A DNA stretch of 26,076 nucleotides, from NCBI GenBank assembly GCA_046758505.1, contig JBHIAH010000033.1, positions 1 through 26,076 of the forward strand. The letters run 5' to 3'. A program made the translations under genes and the position numbers. Below the pieces are notes generated by a model. It saw nothing but the letters and a program-made list of their open reading frames with translations, searched no databases and was not told the origin of the DNA. How positions within the stretch are numbered: the first letter of the stretch is position 1; the number at the start of each line of letters is the position of its first letter. Below are positions 7,628 to 15,715 of the stretch, piece after piece. Origin of the DNA: Candidatus Methylomirabilales bacterium (GTDB lineage Bacteria; Methylomirabilota; Methylomirabilia; Methylomirabilales; CSP1-5).

Positions 7628-7792
7628 GGTTCATAGTTTATGGTTCAGGGTTCATGGCTTAGACTCGTGTCTCGGGCTTGTTGGGTTCATCGAGTTTATC
7701 GGGTTCATTGGGTGAGCCGACCAACCTGCTAGCTCCCAAGCTTTCCTAGCCGACAAGTGATTGCTGACTGCTGAGGGCTGCCTGCTGACAGC
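7628..7792. repeat. Composite of four adjacent degenerate short tandem repeat arrays (periods 7, 9, 8, 7)
   Basis: GGTTCAT/AGTTTAT/GGTTCAG/GGTTCAT/GGCTTAG (7628-7662); TCGGGCTTG/TTGGGTTCA/TCGAGTTTA/TCGGGTTCA/TTGGGT (7672-7713); CCAACCTG/CTAGCTCC/CAAGCTTT (7721-7750); TGCTGAC/TGCTGAG/GGCTGCC/TGCTGAC (7762-7789). Confidence 0.8.
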
Positions 7793-7795
7793 CGG

Positions 7796-8000
7796 GGCGG
7801 GAAATCCGCCTGACCGCAAACCTTCCGAGCGCGAACCGGCGAGGGAAGCAAATCCTGAGGAGGGCGGAACCTGGCTTGCGTCCGGCCGGGGTCCCGCCGC
7901 CGGAGCGGAGCGCAGGCGGGGGTGGCCGTCCTGTCATCCATCGAACCGGTCCGCGCGCAACGAGAATCCTGCGCTGAGGCAAACAGTGGAATTTTCCGCC
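7796..8000 (+). ncRNA. Candidate structured RNA (long rod with a large internal bubble), family unknown
   Basis: Hand-traced nested helices: 7796-7805/7991-8000, 7829-7839/7946-7956, 7840-7846/7937-7943, 7861-7867/7926-7932, 7874-7880/7911-7917, 7881-7886/7899-7904. G-U pairs favour the + strand. Confidence 0.3.
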
Positions 8001-8050
8001 GACGAAGGATGCTTTCCCGAGCCGGAGAGCGTTGAGGGGGGGTCCTGCGG

Positions 8051-8941
8051 ATGCCCGGACGGGTGAAGTTTGGCATTGAAAAGTTGGACGGGATGTTGGG
8101 TGGGGGGCTCCTCCCGGGGACCTTGACCGTCGTCTATGGGGCGACGGGGATCGGGAAGACCCATCTGGGGCTCACCTTTGCGGTCCACGGGGACCGGGAG
8201 GAGGGGGCGCGGGGAGTGGTCTTCGATCTGGCTGCGCGGGGGGATTCTCAACGGCATGGCGAGTATGCGAAGAGACTCTTTGGATGGAAGCTCGAGCGGT
8301 GGAACCACTCGATCCGGCCGGGTCAGCATGACCCCTTTCCGCCCCCCGTGGCCTTGGAACGGATGCGGTACTGCCACGAGTTTGACTACGGGGGGCGGCT
8401 GGACGCATATCAGGTCAATAAGCCCGAGGGCCGGGAGTTCCGCCGGGACTGGCTGGCTGCCTATGCCCAGCGGTGGAAGACGGTGCTTGCCTTCTTCTTC
8501 TTCCACTTCGCCGCGGGCGTGAGACGAGTCGTTGTGGATGGTGTAGATCCGACCGAGGCTCCCCACGAGTCGGTGCAACTGTACACCTTCGACGAGCTCT
8601 ACCGGAAGGTCATCCACCAGGATGGGGAGATCCTGGGGATGGAGATCCTGATCCCGGTCTGGCGTCATCGGGATTTTATCGAGGCAAAACGCTACGACCA
8701 CAGAGCGGTAGCAACCCTTCTCCTGGTCACGACGCAAGAAACCCTGCTCGACGACCTGATCGCCCGGAAGGTGGGGGAAGGGGACATCGGGGCCTCGGCG
8801 AATACCATCCTCCTCATGGGGAAGCGGATGGGGCAGGGGGAGGTGGGACGTGCGCTCTATGTCGCCAAGCACCGGGGGAGTGCCTGCAGCGCCGAGATCG
8901 CGGAGTACACGATTACCGACCGGGGTCTCGTCTTCCCGTAA
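8051..8941 (+). CDS. Single-domain KaiC/RAD55-like RecA-superfamily ATPase
   Basis: FGIEKLDGMLGGGLLPGTLTVVY, Walker A GATGIGKT, Walker B VVVDG, and C-terminal RALYVAKHRGS......YTITDRGL typical of KaiC-like proteins. SD GAGGGGG. Confidence 0.88.
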   Translation: MPGRVKFGIEKLDGMLGGGLLPGTLTVVYGATGIGKTHLGLTFAVHGDREEGARGVVFDLAARGDSQRHGEYAKRLFGWKLERWNHSIRPGQHDPFPPPVALERMRYCHEFDYGGRLDAYQVNKPEGREFRRDWLAAYAQRWKTVLAFFFFHFAAGVRRVVVDGVDPTEAPHESVQLYTFDELYRKVIHQDGEILGMEILIPVWRHRDFIEAKRYDHRAVATLLLVTTQETLLDDLIARKVGEGDIGASANTILLMGKRMGQGEVGRALYVAKHRGSACSAEIAEYTITDRGLVFP

Positions 8942-9001
8942 GGCGCTGCGGGGGGCCGGGGTCTTCACCGAGCGCAGGGGCTGAAGGCGGGGAGTCTTGC
9001 G

Positions 9002-11776
9002 CTAGGGAGCTCCGGCTGCTTTGTCCCGGAGCCGCTGCAAGGTCTGTTCGAGGCGCTTCTGCTCTTCCTCGTAGGCGGCAAAGTTGCCCTGCCGGAGGAG
9101 CCGCTGGGCCTTTTGGAACTGCGCGAGGGCCTTGTTCGCCAGGTCGCGGATGGAGGCGGGGAGGCGAGCCGTCGGAAGCCGAGCGGGGACCGGAGGCGAC
9201 GGCAGCCGCGTGCCGCCGAAGATTCTCGTGAGGGCCTGGTCCAGGGTTTCCTCCATGGCAATCTGGTTCCCGTAGGCAACGATCACCCGTTTCAGCTCGG
9301 GCAGGGATCGCTCCTCGGCAGCGAGATAGAGGGGCTGGACGTACAGGAGGGACGTCTCAATGGGAATCGCCAGGAGGGGCCCGTGGATCACCTGGGAGCC
9401 TCGCTGTCCCCACAGCGAGAGCTGCTGAGAGATAAAGGCGTCCTGGTTCAGTCGGGCCTCGATCTGGCGTGGCCCAAAGACGAGTTTCTGTTTGGGCATA
9501 TTATAGACGATGAGCTTGCCGTAATGGGGGGAGTCGCTCCGGGCCGCCATCCAGGCTGACATGTTATCCTTCCGGGCCGGGGTAAAGGGGATGAGGAGGA
9601 TAAACTCTTCCCGGTTTTCCCCGGGCAGCTTCATGATGATGTAATACGGCTTCATCGGGACATCCTTCTCCGCCGCCCGCCGCGGGATATTCCAGACATC
9701 CTCCTTGTTGTAGAAAACCTGAGGGCTTCTCATGTGATAGGTGGCGTACATCTCCGCCTGGATCGCGAAGAGGGTTTCGGGGTAGCGGATGTGGGACTTC
9801 AGGTCCGCCGGCATGGCCTCGAGCGGCCGGAAGAGCGTGGGGAAGATCTTTGCGTAGGTCTGGATCAGGGGATCGTCGGGGTCGCTGATATAAAAGCGCA
9901 TGGAGCCGTTGTAGGCATCCACCACCACCTTGACCGAGTTTCGGATGTAGTTTCCCGCCTGCCCGTGGGGGTCTGAATAGGGGTACCTGTCGCTCGTGGT
10001 GTAGGCATCGAGGATCCAGAAGAGCTTGCCATCCTCGGCGATAACCAGATATGGGTCGGGTTCGTACCGGAGGAAGGGGGCGACCTTGTTCACCCGTTCG
10101 CCGATTCGGCGATAGAACATCAGCCGGCTCCCCGGGACGACATCCTGAGAGAAGAGGATCCGAATCGTCCCGAAGCGTGCCGCGAAGAGGGCCTTGCGGA
10201 GGAAACCGGTGATCGGGATTCCACCATTCCCCTGGTACGTCGAATACACATTTTTGTCCCCCGCGGGATAGTCCAGCTCTTTGCTCCTGGTATTGACGAA
10301 GACGTATTCGTTCCCCAGTTCCCCGTAATAGATCTCCGGACGGGTGATCGTCAGGGAAACGCCCGATACGGGAGGGATATTCTTGATGTAGAGGACCGGC
10401 AGCCCCTCTGGGCTGACCCGGTTGACCGGGCCCAGGACCATCCCGTAGCCGTGAGTAAAGGTCAGGTGTTCATTGATCCAGATCCGGCTGGGAAGATGAT
10501 CGGAGGAAAGCTCCCGTGGGGAAAGCATCACCTGTTCGTAGTTCCCGTTGAGGGGGTACCGGTCGACGTCCACGTCGACGAATTTGTAGTACGTGCGGAT
10601 CTCCTGAAGCTGGGCAAAGGTCGCGAGGAGGGGTCGCGGGTCCCACAGGCGGATGTTGTTCACCGTGAGTTCGTTTCTCCGGAGATCGGCCATGCTGAGA
10701 TTTTCCTCGGCCGGAAACTCTACCTCCTCGATCCGATCGAGACCATACGCGGCCCGGGTGTACCGGATGTTATGGATGATGTACGGGCTTTCCAAATCGA
10801 GCTCGTTGGGGACGACCCGAAAGCGCTGCAGGAGATTCGGGTAAACGATCTGGCCGATGACCGCGGCTCCGACCAGGATGGCGAGACCGGCAAAGAGTGG
10901 CGTCAGCCGCTGCCGCCAGATTTGGGTCAAGGCGAGGAAACCACAGACGGCGGAAAACACGGTGAGGATCCTGAGTGCGGGTAGGGTGGCAAACACGTCG
11001 GTGTAGCTGGCGCCGAAGACGACGCCGCGAGAGGAGTAGAGGAGATCGTACGTGCTCAGATGATACCCCCAGGCCTTGAGGAAGAGCAGCGCGCCGATCA
11101 AGAGCAAGAGGTGGGTCCGCGCCCGCGGGCTGAAGCGGAGACCCTGACCGGTGATCTGGATACCCCGGTAAAGGATATACGCGATCACGACGAGTAAGGT
11201 GGTGAGGACGAGAATGGTCATCAGCCATTGATACACAAAATTCAGAAAGGGAAGACGGAAGATGTAAAAACTGAGGCCCTTGTGAAAGAGCGGGTCCTGA
11301 ATCTGAAAGGGGGAGGGATGGAGGAAGCGGAGCACTGCTTCCCATTGCCCGGTGACCTGCAGGGCCGCCAGCAGACTCACGAGCGCCGTAACGGGAAGGA
11401 GAAACCGCTTAATGTAGGGCTCGAGGATAAAGCGGCTTGGCAGTCCCAGGTGGTCCTCCAATTCGACGAGGACGTCGGTGGCGGGGGAGCGATAGACGAG
11501 GAAGAGGTTCAGGTAGAGGATGCTGAAGCAGATGGCTCCGAAGATGAGGGTCAGGATACTTCGCGTGAGGAAGATGGTGAGGAAGACGGCTGAGAACCCG
11601 ACCGTGTCAAACCAGAGCCACTCGGTATAGAGGGGAATGGACTGGCTGGCCACGAGGAGCAGGGCCACCAGCACAAGGGCTGGAAGGAGGCGGGACCACC
11701 TGTGCCCTGACTTTTGGACAGTCCGGGGGGGGTTGGCCCAGCGAAAGATATCCCGTGTCCGTCGATTGCCTCGCAT
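9002..11776 (-). CDS. UPF0182 family integral membrane protein
   Basis: 924 aa with about 7 N-terminal TM helices; motifs YTEWLWF, DPLFHKGLSFYIF.LP, GASYTDV, NIRLWDP, WINEHLTFTHGYG, NYIRNSVKVVVDAYNG, LLYVQPLYL, PELKRVIV. Confidence 0.93.
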   Translation of the reverse strand: MRGNRRTRDIFRWANPPRTVQKSGHRWSRLLPALVLVALLLVASQSIPLYTEWLWFDTVGFSAVFLTIFLTRSILTLIFGAICFSILYLNLFLVYRSPATDVLVELEDHLGLPSRFILEPYIKRFLLPVTALVSLLAALQVTGQWEAVLRFLHPSPFQIQDPLFHKGLSFYIFRLPFLNFVYQWLMTILVLTTLLVVIAYILYRGIQITGQGLRFSPRARTHLLLLIGALLFLKAWGYHLSTYDLLYSSRGVVFGASYTDVFATLPALRILTVFSAVCGFLALTQIWRQRLTPLFAGLAILVGAAVIGQIVYPNLLQRFRVVPNELDLESPYIIHNIRYTRAAYGLDRIEEVEFPAEENLSMADLRRNELTVNNIRLWDPRPLLATFAQLQEIRTYYKFVDVDVDRYPLNGNYEQVMLSPRELSSDHLPSRIWINEHLTFTHGYGMVLGPVNRVSPEGLPVLYIKNIPPVSGVSLTITRPEIYYGELGNEYVFVNTRSKELDYPAGDKNVYSTYQGNGGIPITGFLRKALFAARFGTIRILFSQDVVPGSRLMFYRRIGERVNKVAPFLRYEPDPYLVIAEDGKLFWILDAYTTSDRYPYSDPHGQAGNYIRNSVKVVVDAYNGSMRFYISDPDDPLIQTYAKIFPTLFRPLEAMPADLKSHIRYPETLFAIQAEMYATYHMRSPQVFYNKEDVWNIPRRAAEKDVPMKPYYIIMKLPGENREEFILLIPFTPARKDNMSAWMAARSDSPHYGKLIVYNMPKQKLVFGPRQIEARLNQDAFISQQLSLWGQRGSQVIHGPLLAIPIETSLLYVQPLYLAAEERSLPELKRVIVAYGNQIAMEETLDQALTRIFGGTRLPSPPVPARLPTARLPASIRDLANKALAQFQKAQRLLRQGNFAAYEEEQKRLEQTLQRLRDKAAGAP

Positions 11777-11785
11777 TGGCTCTAC

Positions 11786-11813
11786 GTTATGCCGAAAGTT
11801 TTCCCCAAGTCAA
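11786..11813 (-). promoter_or_regulatory. Possible sigma70 promoter for the UPF0182 gene
   Basis: Minus strand TTGACT, 16 bp, CATAAC, ending 9 nt before the ATG at 11776. Confidence 0.45.
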
Positions 11814-11953
11814 CCCTCATCAGCTCTGGACTCGCCTGCTGCGCGACGGTGTCCCTCGGTGTGGCCTTGCTCCGGCCTACGTGACCTTCGAGGCACGGGT
11901 TGTGACCGGCCAACGGGCCGCCAATCGGTGCGGAGCGGAACCCTGGAGAGGAG

Positions 11954-11983
11954 TTGACAAGGCAAAATGGGGAGTGGTAGGGT
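11954..11983 (+). promoter_or_regulatory. Sigma70-type promoter for the small-protein cluster
   Basis: TTGACA (11954-11959), 18-bp spacer, extended -10 TGg-TAGGGT (11978-11983). Confidence 0.55.
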
Positions 11984-12065
11984 AGCCCAGCGTGAGGGTG
12001 GCCGGGTGACGAACCGGGCTGGTATCTGAGCCCTCCAGTGCCGGTCGTGATCGCAGGAGCGGGCC

Positions 12066-12329
12066 ATGGGTGAGGTGCAGGTAGGACGGGTGGTCCGGTA
12101 CTTCGGGAAGGTGGGGGTCGCGGCGATAGAGATCCACGCAGGCGACCTGCGCGTCGGGGATACGGTGCGTATCCGGGGGAAAACCACCGACTTCTCCCAA
12201 ACGGTGGAGTCCATGCAGGAAGAGCACCAGCCGGTCCAGACCGCTGTCCCGGGCCAGTTGGTAGGGGTCAAGGTTCGGGAGCGGGTCCGCGAGCACGATC
12301 TGGTCTATAAAGAGATTCCCGAGGGGTAG
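12066..12329 (+). CDS. Small translation-factor-like beta-barrel (EF-Tu domain II / U32 C-terminal-like) protein
   Basis: VGRVVRYFGKVGVAAIEI..GDLRVGDTVRIRGKTTDFSQTVESMQ.....V..A.PGQ.VGVKV..RVRE.D.VY. SD AGGAG. Confidence 0.8.
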   Translation: MGEVQVGRVVRYFGKVGVAAIEIHAGDLRVGDTVRIRGKTTDFSQTVESMQEEHQPVQTAVPGQLVGVKVRERVREHDLVYKEIPEG

Positions 12330-12331
12330 CC

Positions 12332-12592
12332 ATGGTCAATCAGGAGGCGCTCCAGCGCGAAGAAGACCAGATGCGACTCCTGAAGTGGCTCGCCGATGCA
12401 ACGGTCTGGCGGGTCACGGTCGGCCCGATCACCCGGACGCGGGGAGAGCAGGTCATCGAGGCCGCCCGGGAGAGAGTCCTGGCCCTGTTTCCCGACACGG
12501 GGAACTTGTTCGATCTCGTCCTGCGACCTCGATTCGAGCGACTCCTGGGGGAGCACCTCGAGGAAGAATACTGGCGGACGCTCAGGGGATAG
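12332..12592 (+). CDS. Small all-helical conserved hypothetical protein
   Basis: Starts 2 nt after the upstream stop, SD GAGGGG. Amphipathic helices with motif L.LFP.....FDL...PRF.RLL.E. Confidence 0.75.
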   Translation: MVNQEALQREEDQMRLLKWLADATVWRVTVGPITRTRGEQVIEAARERVLALFPDTGNLFDLVLRPRFERLLGEHLEEEYWRTLRG

Positions 12593-12648
12593 GCGGCGGC
12601 GCGGGGCCCCTGTGCAGGATTCCATTGGCGATGGAGGAAGAGGGTTTC

Positions 12649-13008
12649 ATGTCGGACCAGGCGGAAAAGAGCGTAATGGAGGGGGGTGAGCTTGAAAAGC
12701 TGACCGCCACCAAGCTCAGGGAGCTTTGCATGGAGAAATACCCGGAGATTCAGGGAGTCTCCGGGATGAAGAAGGAAGAGATCATCGAAGCGATCATTGG
12801 CGAAGAGGTGCGTCTTGGGCTCCGGCCCAAGACCGATGCCGGCCGCCCGACGGTTCAGACGGTTTCGGCGCTGAAGAGTCAGATTCGCCAGTTCAAGCAG
12901 CGGCGGGATCAGGCACTGGCGGCGCAGGATTCTCAGGGGCTCAGGGAGGCTCGGGCCTGGATGAAGCGGCTCAAGCGGCGGATTCGCAAACTCCGGGAAG
13001 CCTCGTAG
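12649..13008 (+). CDS. Rho_N-like domain fused to a basic helical hairpin/coiled coil (not Rho itself)
   Basis: LEKLTATKLRELC......IQGVSGMKKEEIIEAI (Rho N-terminal helical motif); C-term ALKSQIRQFKQRRDQAL...MKRLKRRIRKL. Purine-rich SD before ATG 12649; ATG 12631 is an alternative start. Confidence 0.8.
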   Translation: MSDQAEKSVMEGGELEKLTATKLRELCMEKYPEIQGVSGMKKEEIIEAIIGEEVRLGLRPKTDAGRPTVQTVSALKSQIRQFKQRRDQALAAQDSQGLREARAWMKRLKRRIRKLREAS

Positions 13009-13084
13009 GGCCCAGGTGGCTTGGCCGAGCGAGCGCGCCGCCGGGTGTGGTGGATGATATGAGTGCAGATGGAGGGGGAAGGGG

Positions 13085-13249
13085 ATGCCCTTTTACGAAT
13101 TTCATTGCAAAAAATGTAACAAGGCCTTCGGGATGACCCTGTCGATCAAGGAGCGGGAAGCGGGGAAGATTGCCTGTCCCAAGTGCGGATCAAAGAAGCC
13201 GGAACCCCTGTTGGCCCCCTTCTTTGCCAAGACCTCCAAGAAGAGCTGA
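13085..13249 (+). CDS. FmdB-family zinc-ribbon protein, 54 aa (absent from ORF track)
   Basis: MPFYEFHCKKCNKAF...IACPKCGSKKPEPLLAPFFAKTSKKS, i.e. MPxYExxCxxC...CPxCGS. Strong SD GGAGGGGG. Confidence 0.9.
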   Translation: MPFYEFHCKKCNKAFGMTLSIKEREAGKIACPKCGSKKPEPLLAPFFAKTSKKS

Positions 13250-13327
13250 TTCCCTTTGTCGATGCGGCCGATGGTCCCGGTGCGCGGGTGTGCCATGGGT
13301 AAAGGGCTGCGGTCGGCATCGGGATGG

Positions 13328-13375
13328 GAGCGGATTCGAACCCCGGAGAGGGGAGGAGTCCGCTTTTCGTATTTT
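13328..13375 (+). terminator. Probable intrinsic terminator
   Basis: GAGCGGATTC (13328-13337) pairs with GAGTCCGCTT (13356-13365), inner CCCC/GGGG stem, followed by TTCGTATTTT. Confidence 0.6.
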
Positions 13376-13389
13376 GTGAGGATGAATCG

Positions 13390-13893
13390 ATGACCGTCCA
13401 GTTCTGTCTTCAATGCGGCGGAGCACTTCGGGAGGCGTGGGTTGAAGAGGAGGGACGGAAGCGACCGGTGTGCCGGGCGTGTGGGTTTATTCTCTACGCG
13501 AACCCGAAGGTCGTGGCCGGAGCGATTCCCTTTCAGGATGGCCGGGTGCTCCTCTTGCGACGCGGGATCGAACCGGCGCGGGGCAAATGGACGTTTCCCG
13601 CCGGGTATGTCGAGCTGGGGGAGAGTGTCGAGCAGGCGGCGATTCGTGAGGCCCAGGAAGAGGTGGCCCTCGAGATTGGTGAACTGTCCCTCCTGAACGT
13701 CTATTCCTACCGAGAGTCACCGGTGGTGACCGTCGTTTACCTCTCGCGGATCGTTGGGGGAAGCCCCCAAGTGGGGGAGGAGGCGGAGGAGATTGCCTTC
13801 TTCCCTCCCGAGGCAGTCCCCTGGGGGGAGCTGGCCTTCCGGAGTACGCAGGAGGCCCTCCGGGACTGGATTCGCTGGCTGCGGCGTCCTTAA
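13390..13893 (+). CDS. Nudix hydrolase with N-terminal zinc ribbon
   Basis: FCLQCG...CRACGFILYANPK; Nudix box GYVELGESVEQAAIREAQEEV; PWGELAF. ATG 13390 with SD GAGG. Confidence 0.92.
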   Translation: MTVQFCLQCGGALREAWVEEEGRKRPVCRACGFILYANPKVVAGAIPFQDGRVLLLRRGIEPARGKWTFPAGYVELGESVEQAAIREAQEEVALEIGELSLLNVYSYRESPVVTVVYLSRIVGGSPQVGEEAEEIAFFPPEAVPWGELAFRSTQEALRDWIRWLRRP

Positions 13894-13897
13894 TCTC

Positions 13898-15715
13898 GTG
13901 GACAAGACCACTCAACTCCTTCGAGGAACAGGTCGGCAGGGAGAATCAAGAACCACTCACCGCCAGTGGTGGGTGCTGGGATGTGTCCTCCTCTCCAGCG
14001 CGCTCCTCCTGTTTTACGGATTGGGGGGGCGCGATCTCTGGGACTCAGGGGAGACCCGGTATGCACTGAAAGCGCTCACCATGCGGCAGACGGGGAACTG
14101 GATCGTCCCCTCACTGATGGGACAACCCTGGCTCCGCAAACCTCCACTCCTCATGTGGCTTATAAACCTCTTCGGTCTGGGCGGAGGTGGCATTAACGAC
14201 TGGACTGCACGGTTGCCCAGTGCCGTTGCCGGGCTGGGGACGGTGCTCCTCGTCTTTTGGTGGGGCCAGCGCCTGAAGGGGCTTCGGTTCGGTGCCGTCG
14301 TGGGATTTAGCCTGTTGACGACCCCGCTTTTTGTGGCCCGTGCCCGCGTCAACGATCCCGAACCCCTGCTCGCCTTTTTTATCACCCTGGCCTTGTTTGC
14401 CTTCTACGCTCACTATCATGGTTGGACCCTCGGAAGGCGCTGGTGGGTGCCCTTCGCGGCGATGGCACTCGCCACCTTGACCAAGGGGCCGATGGGCCTG
14501 GTGATTCCCTGGTTGGTGATCGTGACGTATCTGTGGAGCCGACGTGACCTCGGGGCCCTGCGTCGAATGCGCCTGGGCCGTGGCCTCCTCCTGTACGCCG
14601 CCATCACCCTTCCCTGGTTTCTGGCCGTGACGTTCGTCTTTCACCAATCCGTGGATCGGATCTTGTATGGAGAGATCATCAAGACCGTCTCCGGGAGGGG
14701 GGGGCATGAGCCCTGGGTCTATTATATCGGGGCGCTGTTCCTCGGATTTTTCCCGTGGAGCCTGTTCCTCCCCGCGCTCGCTCTGGTCTGGCGGTATTAC
14801 CCGGAATCGGATACAGGGGCCCGGGACGGTCTGCAGTTCTGCACCGTCTGGGGCGTGGTGATCTTCCTGATCCTGTCGGTTACGACCAAGAAGCGGTTCT
14901 ATTATGCCTTCCACCTCCTCCCCCCCGTCAGCCTGTTGATGGGATTCCTCTGGCAGTATGTGATCACGGGGGGGTATGAGCGCCACCGGTGGATCCGCAC
15001 TTCGCATCAATATCTGCTGGCCGGACTCGCCTGTGTTGCCCTTGTGGCTGCAGCGGCGGTGGGCATTGGCGCTGCCGGTCTCGGCCTTCCAGGCCATGCC
15101 GCGGTGGCGGACCCCTCTCCGGGCGATCTCCTTGTGATGATCCTCGTCTTCATCCTCCTCTGTCTGGGGACGGTCCTGCTCCGCCAGGGGCGGTATCGCT
15201 GGGTTCCTGCTGCCATGATAACGGCGGTCCTGCTGGGAGAGGTGCTGATGGTCCAATCCATCATCCCGGAGCTGTATCCGAATCCCAGGGCGAGGGAGAT
15301 TGGCGAGAGGTTGAGGGGATATGTCAAGGCCGGTGCCGAGGTGTTGATGGTGGACTATTACAGTCATGCCGTTGCCTTCTACTTTGGAAGGGATATCCCA
15401 CTCATCCCGCATCGGGTATTAGGCCCCTTTCTCGCCGGGGAAAAGCACCTCCTCCTCGTGACGAATCAGGCTGGAGCGAGGACGATCCCGGATAGCTATG
15501 GACACCACCGCATCACTCTCTGCAGAAAGTTTGACTATCCCACGGTACGGCCATTTCGGTTTAAACCCGCAAAGTCCACCGTGCTCATGGTCTTTTCCAA
15601 TCAGAATTGCGACGTCCTAGATTCAAGGGCCGGCAAGGATGAAGGTGCGGTGAGCCTCGTGGAGGCGGTTCCGGGAGAAGAATTGCATCGGCGCTTCTTG
15701 GCACTCACGCGATGA
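13898..15715 (+). CDS. ArnT/PMT-like GT-C membrane glycosyltransferase, paralogue 1
   Basis: LWDSGETRYA, W.VP...G.PWLRKPPL..W, ARLPSA, LATLTKGPMG, LPWF, HEPWVYY, FFPWS; many TM helices. GTG 13898 is 4 nt after the Nudix stop (start uncertain). Confidence 0.88.
   Translation: MDKTTQLLRGTGRQGESRTTHRQWWVLGCVLLSSALLLFYGLGGRDLWDSGETRYALKALTMRQTGNWIVPSLMGQPWLRKPPLLMWLINLFGLGGGGINDWTARLPSAVAGLGTVLLVFWWGQRLKGLRFGAVVGFSLLTTPLFVARARVNDPEPLLAFFITLALFAFYAHYHGWTLGRRWWVPFAAMALATLTKGPMGLVIPWLVIVTYLWSRRDLGALRRMRLGRGLLLYAAITLPWFLAVTFVFHQSVDRILYGEIIKTVSGRGGHEPWVYYIGALFLGFFPWSLFLPALALVWRYYPESDTGARDGLQFCTVWGVVIFLILSVTTKKRFYYAFHLLPPVSLLMGFLWQYVITGGYERHRWIRTSHQYLLAGLACVALVAAAAVGIGAAGLGLPGHAAVADPSPGDLLVMILVFILLCLGTVLLRQGRYRWVPAAMITAVLLGEVLMVQSIIPELYPNPRAREIGERLRGYVKAGAEVLMVDYYSHAVAFYFGRDIPLIPHRVLGPFLAGEKHLLLVTNQAGARTIPDSYGHHRITLCRKFDYPTVRPFRFKPAKSTVLMVFSNQNCDVLDSRAGKDEGAVSLVEAVPGEELHRRFLALTR

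Noticed and set aside
7628..7792. CRISPR array
   Set aside because: Units are 7-9 bp without unique spacers, and no cas genes are present.
7815..7856. Resemblance to c-di-GMP-I (GEMM) riboswitch: GCAAACC...GGGAAGCAAA
   Set aside because: No clean GNRA-capped P2 stem and no recognisable second hairpin with tetraloop receptor; kept only as part of the unassigned structured-RNA candidate.
7626..8050. Moco/tungsten-cofactor riboswitch near moaDE
   Set aside because: It lies downstream, not upstream, of moaDE and lacks the CCUCCCG...GGAAAGG-type 3' signature.
7761..8066. 101-aa ORF in the moaE-ATPase spacer
   Set aside because: TTG start inside a heptamer repeat, no SD, low-complexity translation.
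8051..8941. recA, radA or true circadian kaiC
   Set aside because: It lacks RecA signature motifs, the RadA zinc finger/Lon domain and the duplicated KaiC domains.
12385..13008. Transcription termination factor Rho / 207-aa ORF-track start
   Set aside because: Only the Rho_N-like helical motif is present, with no OB-fold or ATPase; the long start overlaps the upstream gene.
13332..13342. tRNA T-loop-like GGTTCGAATCC on the minus strand
   Set aside because: The T-stem does not pair properly and no acceptor, D or anticodon arms can be built; explained by the terminator hairpin.
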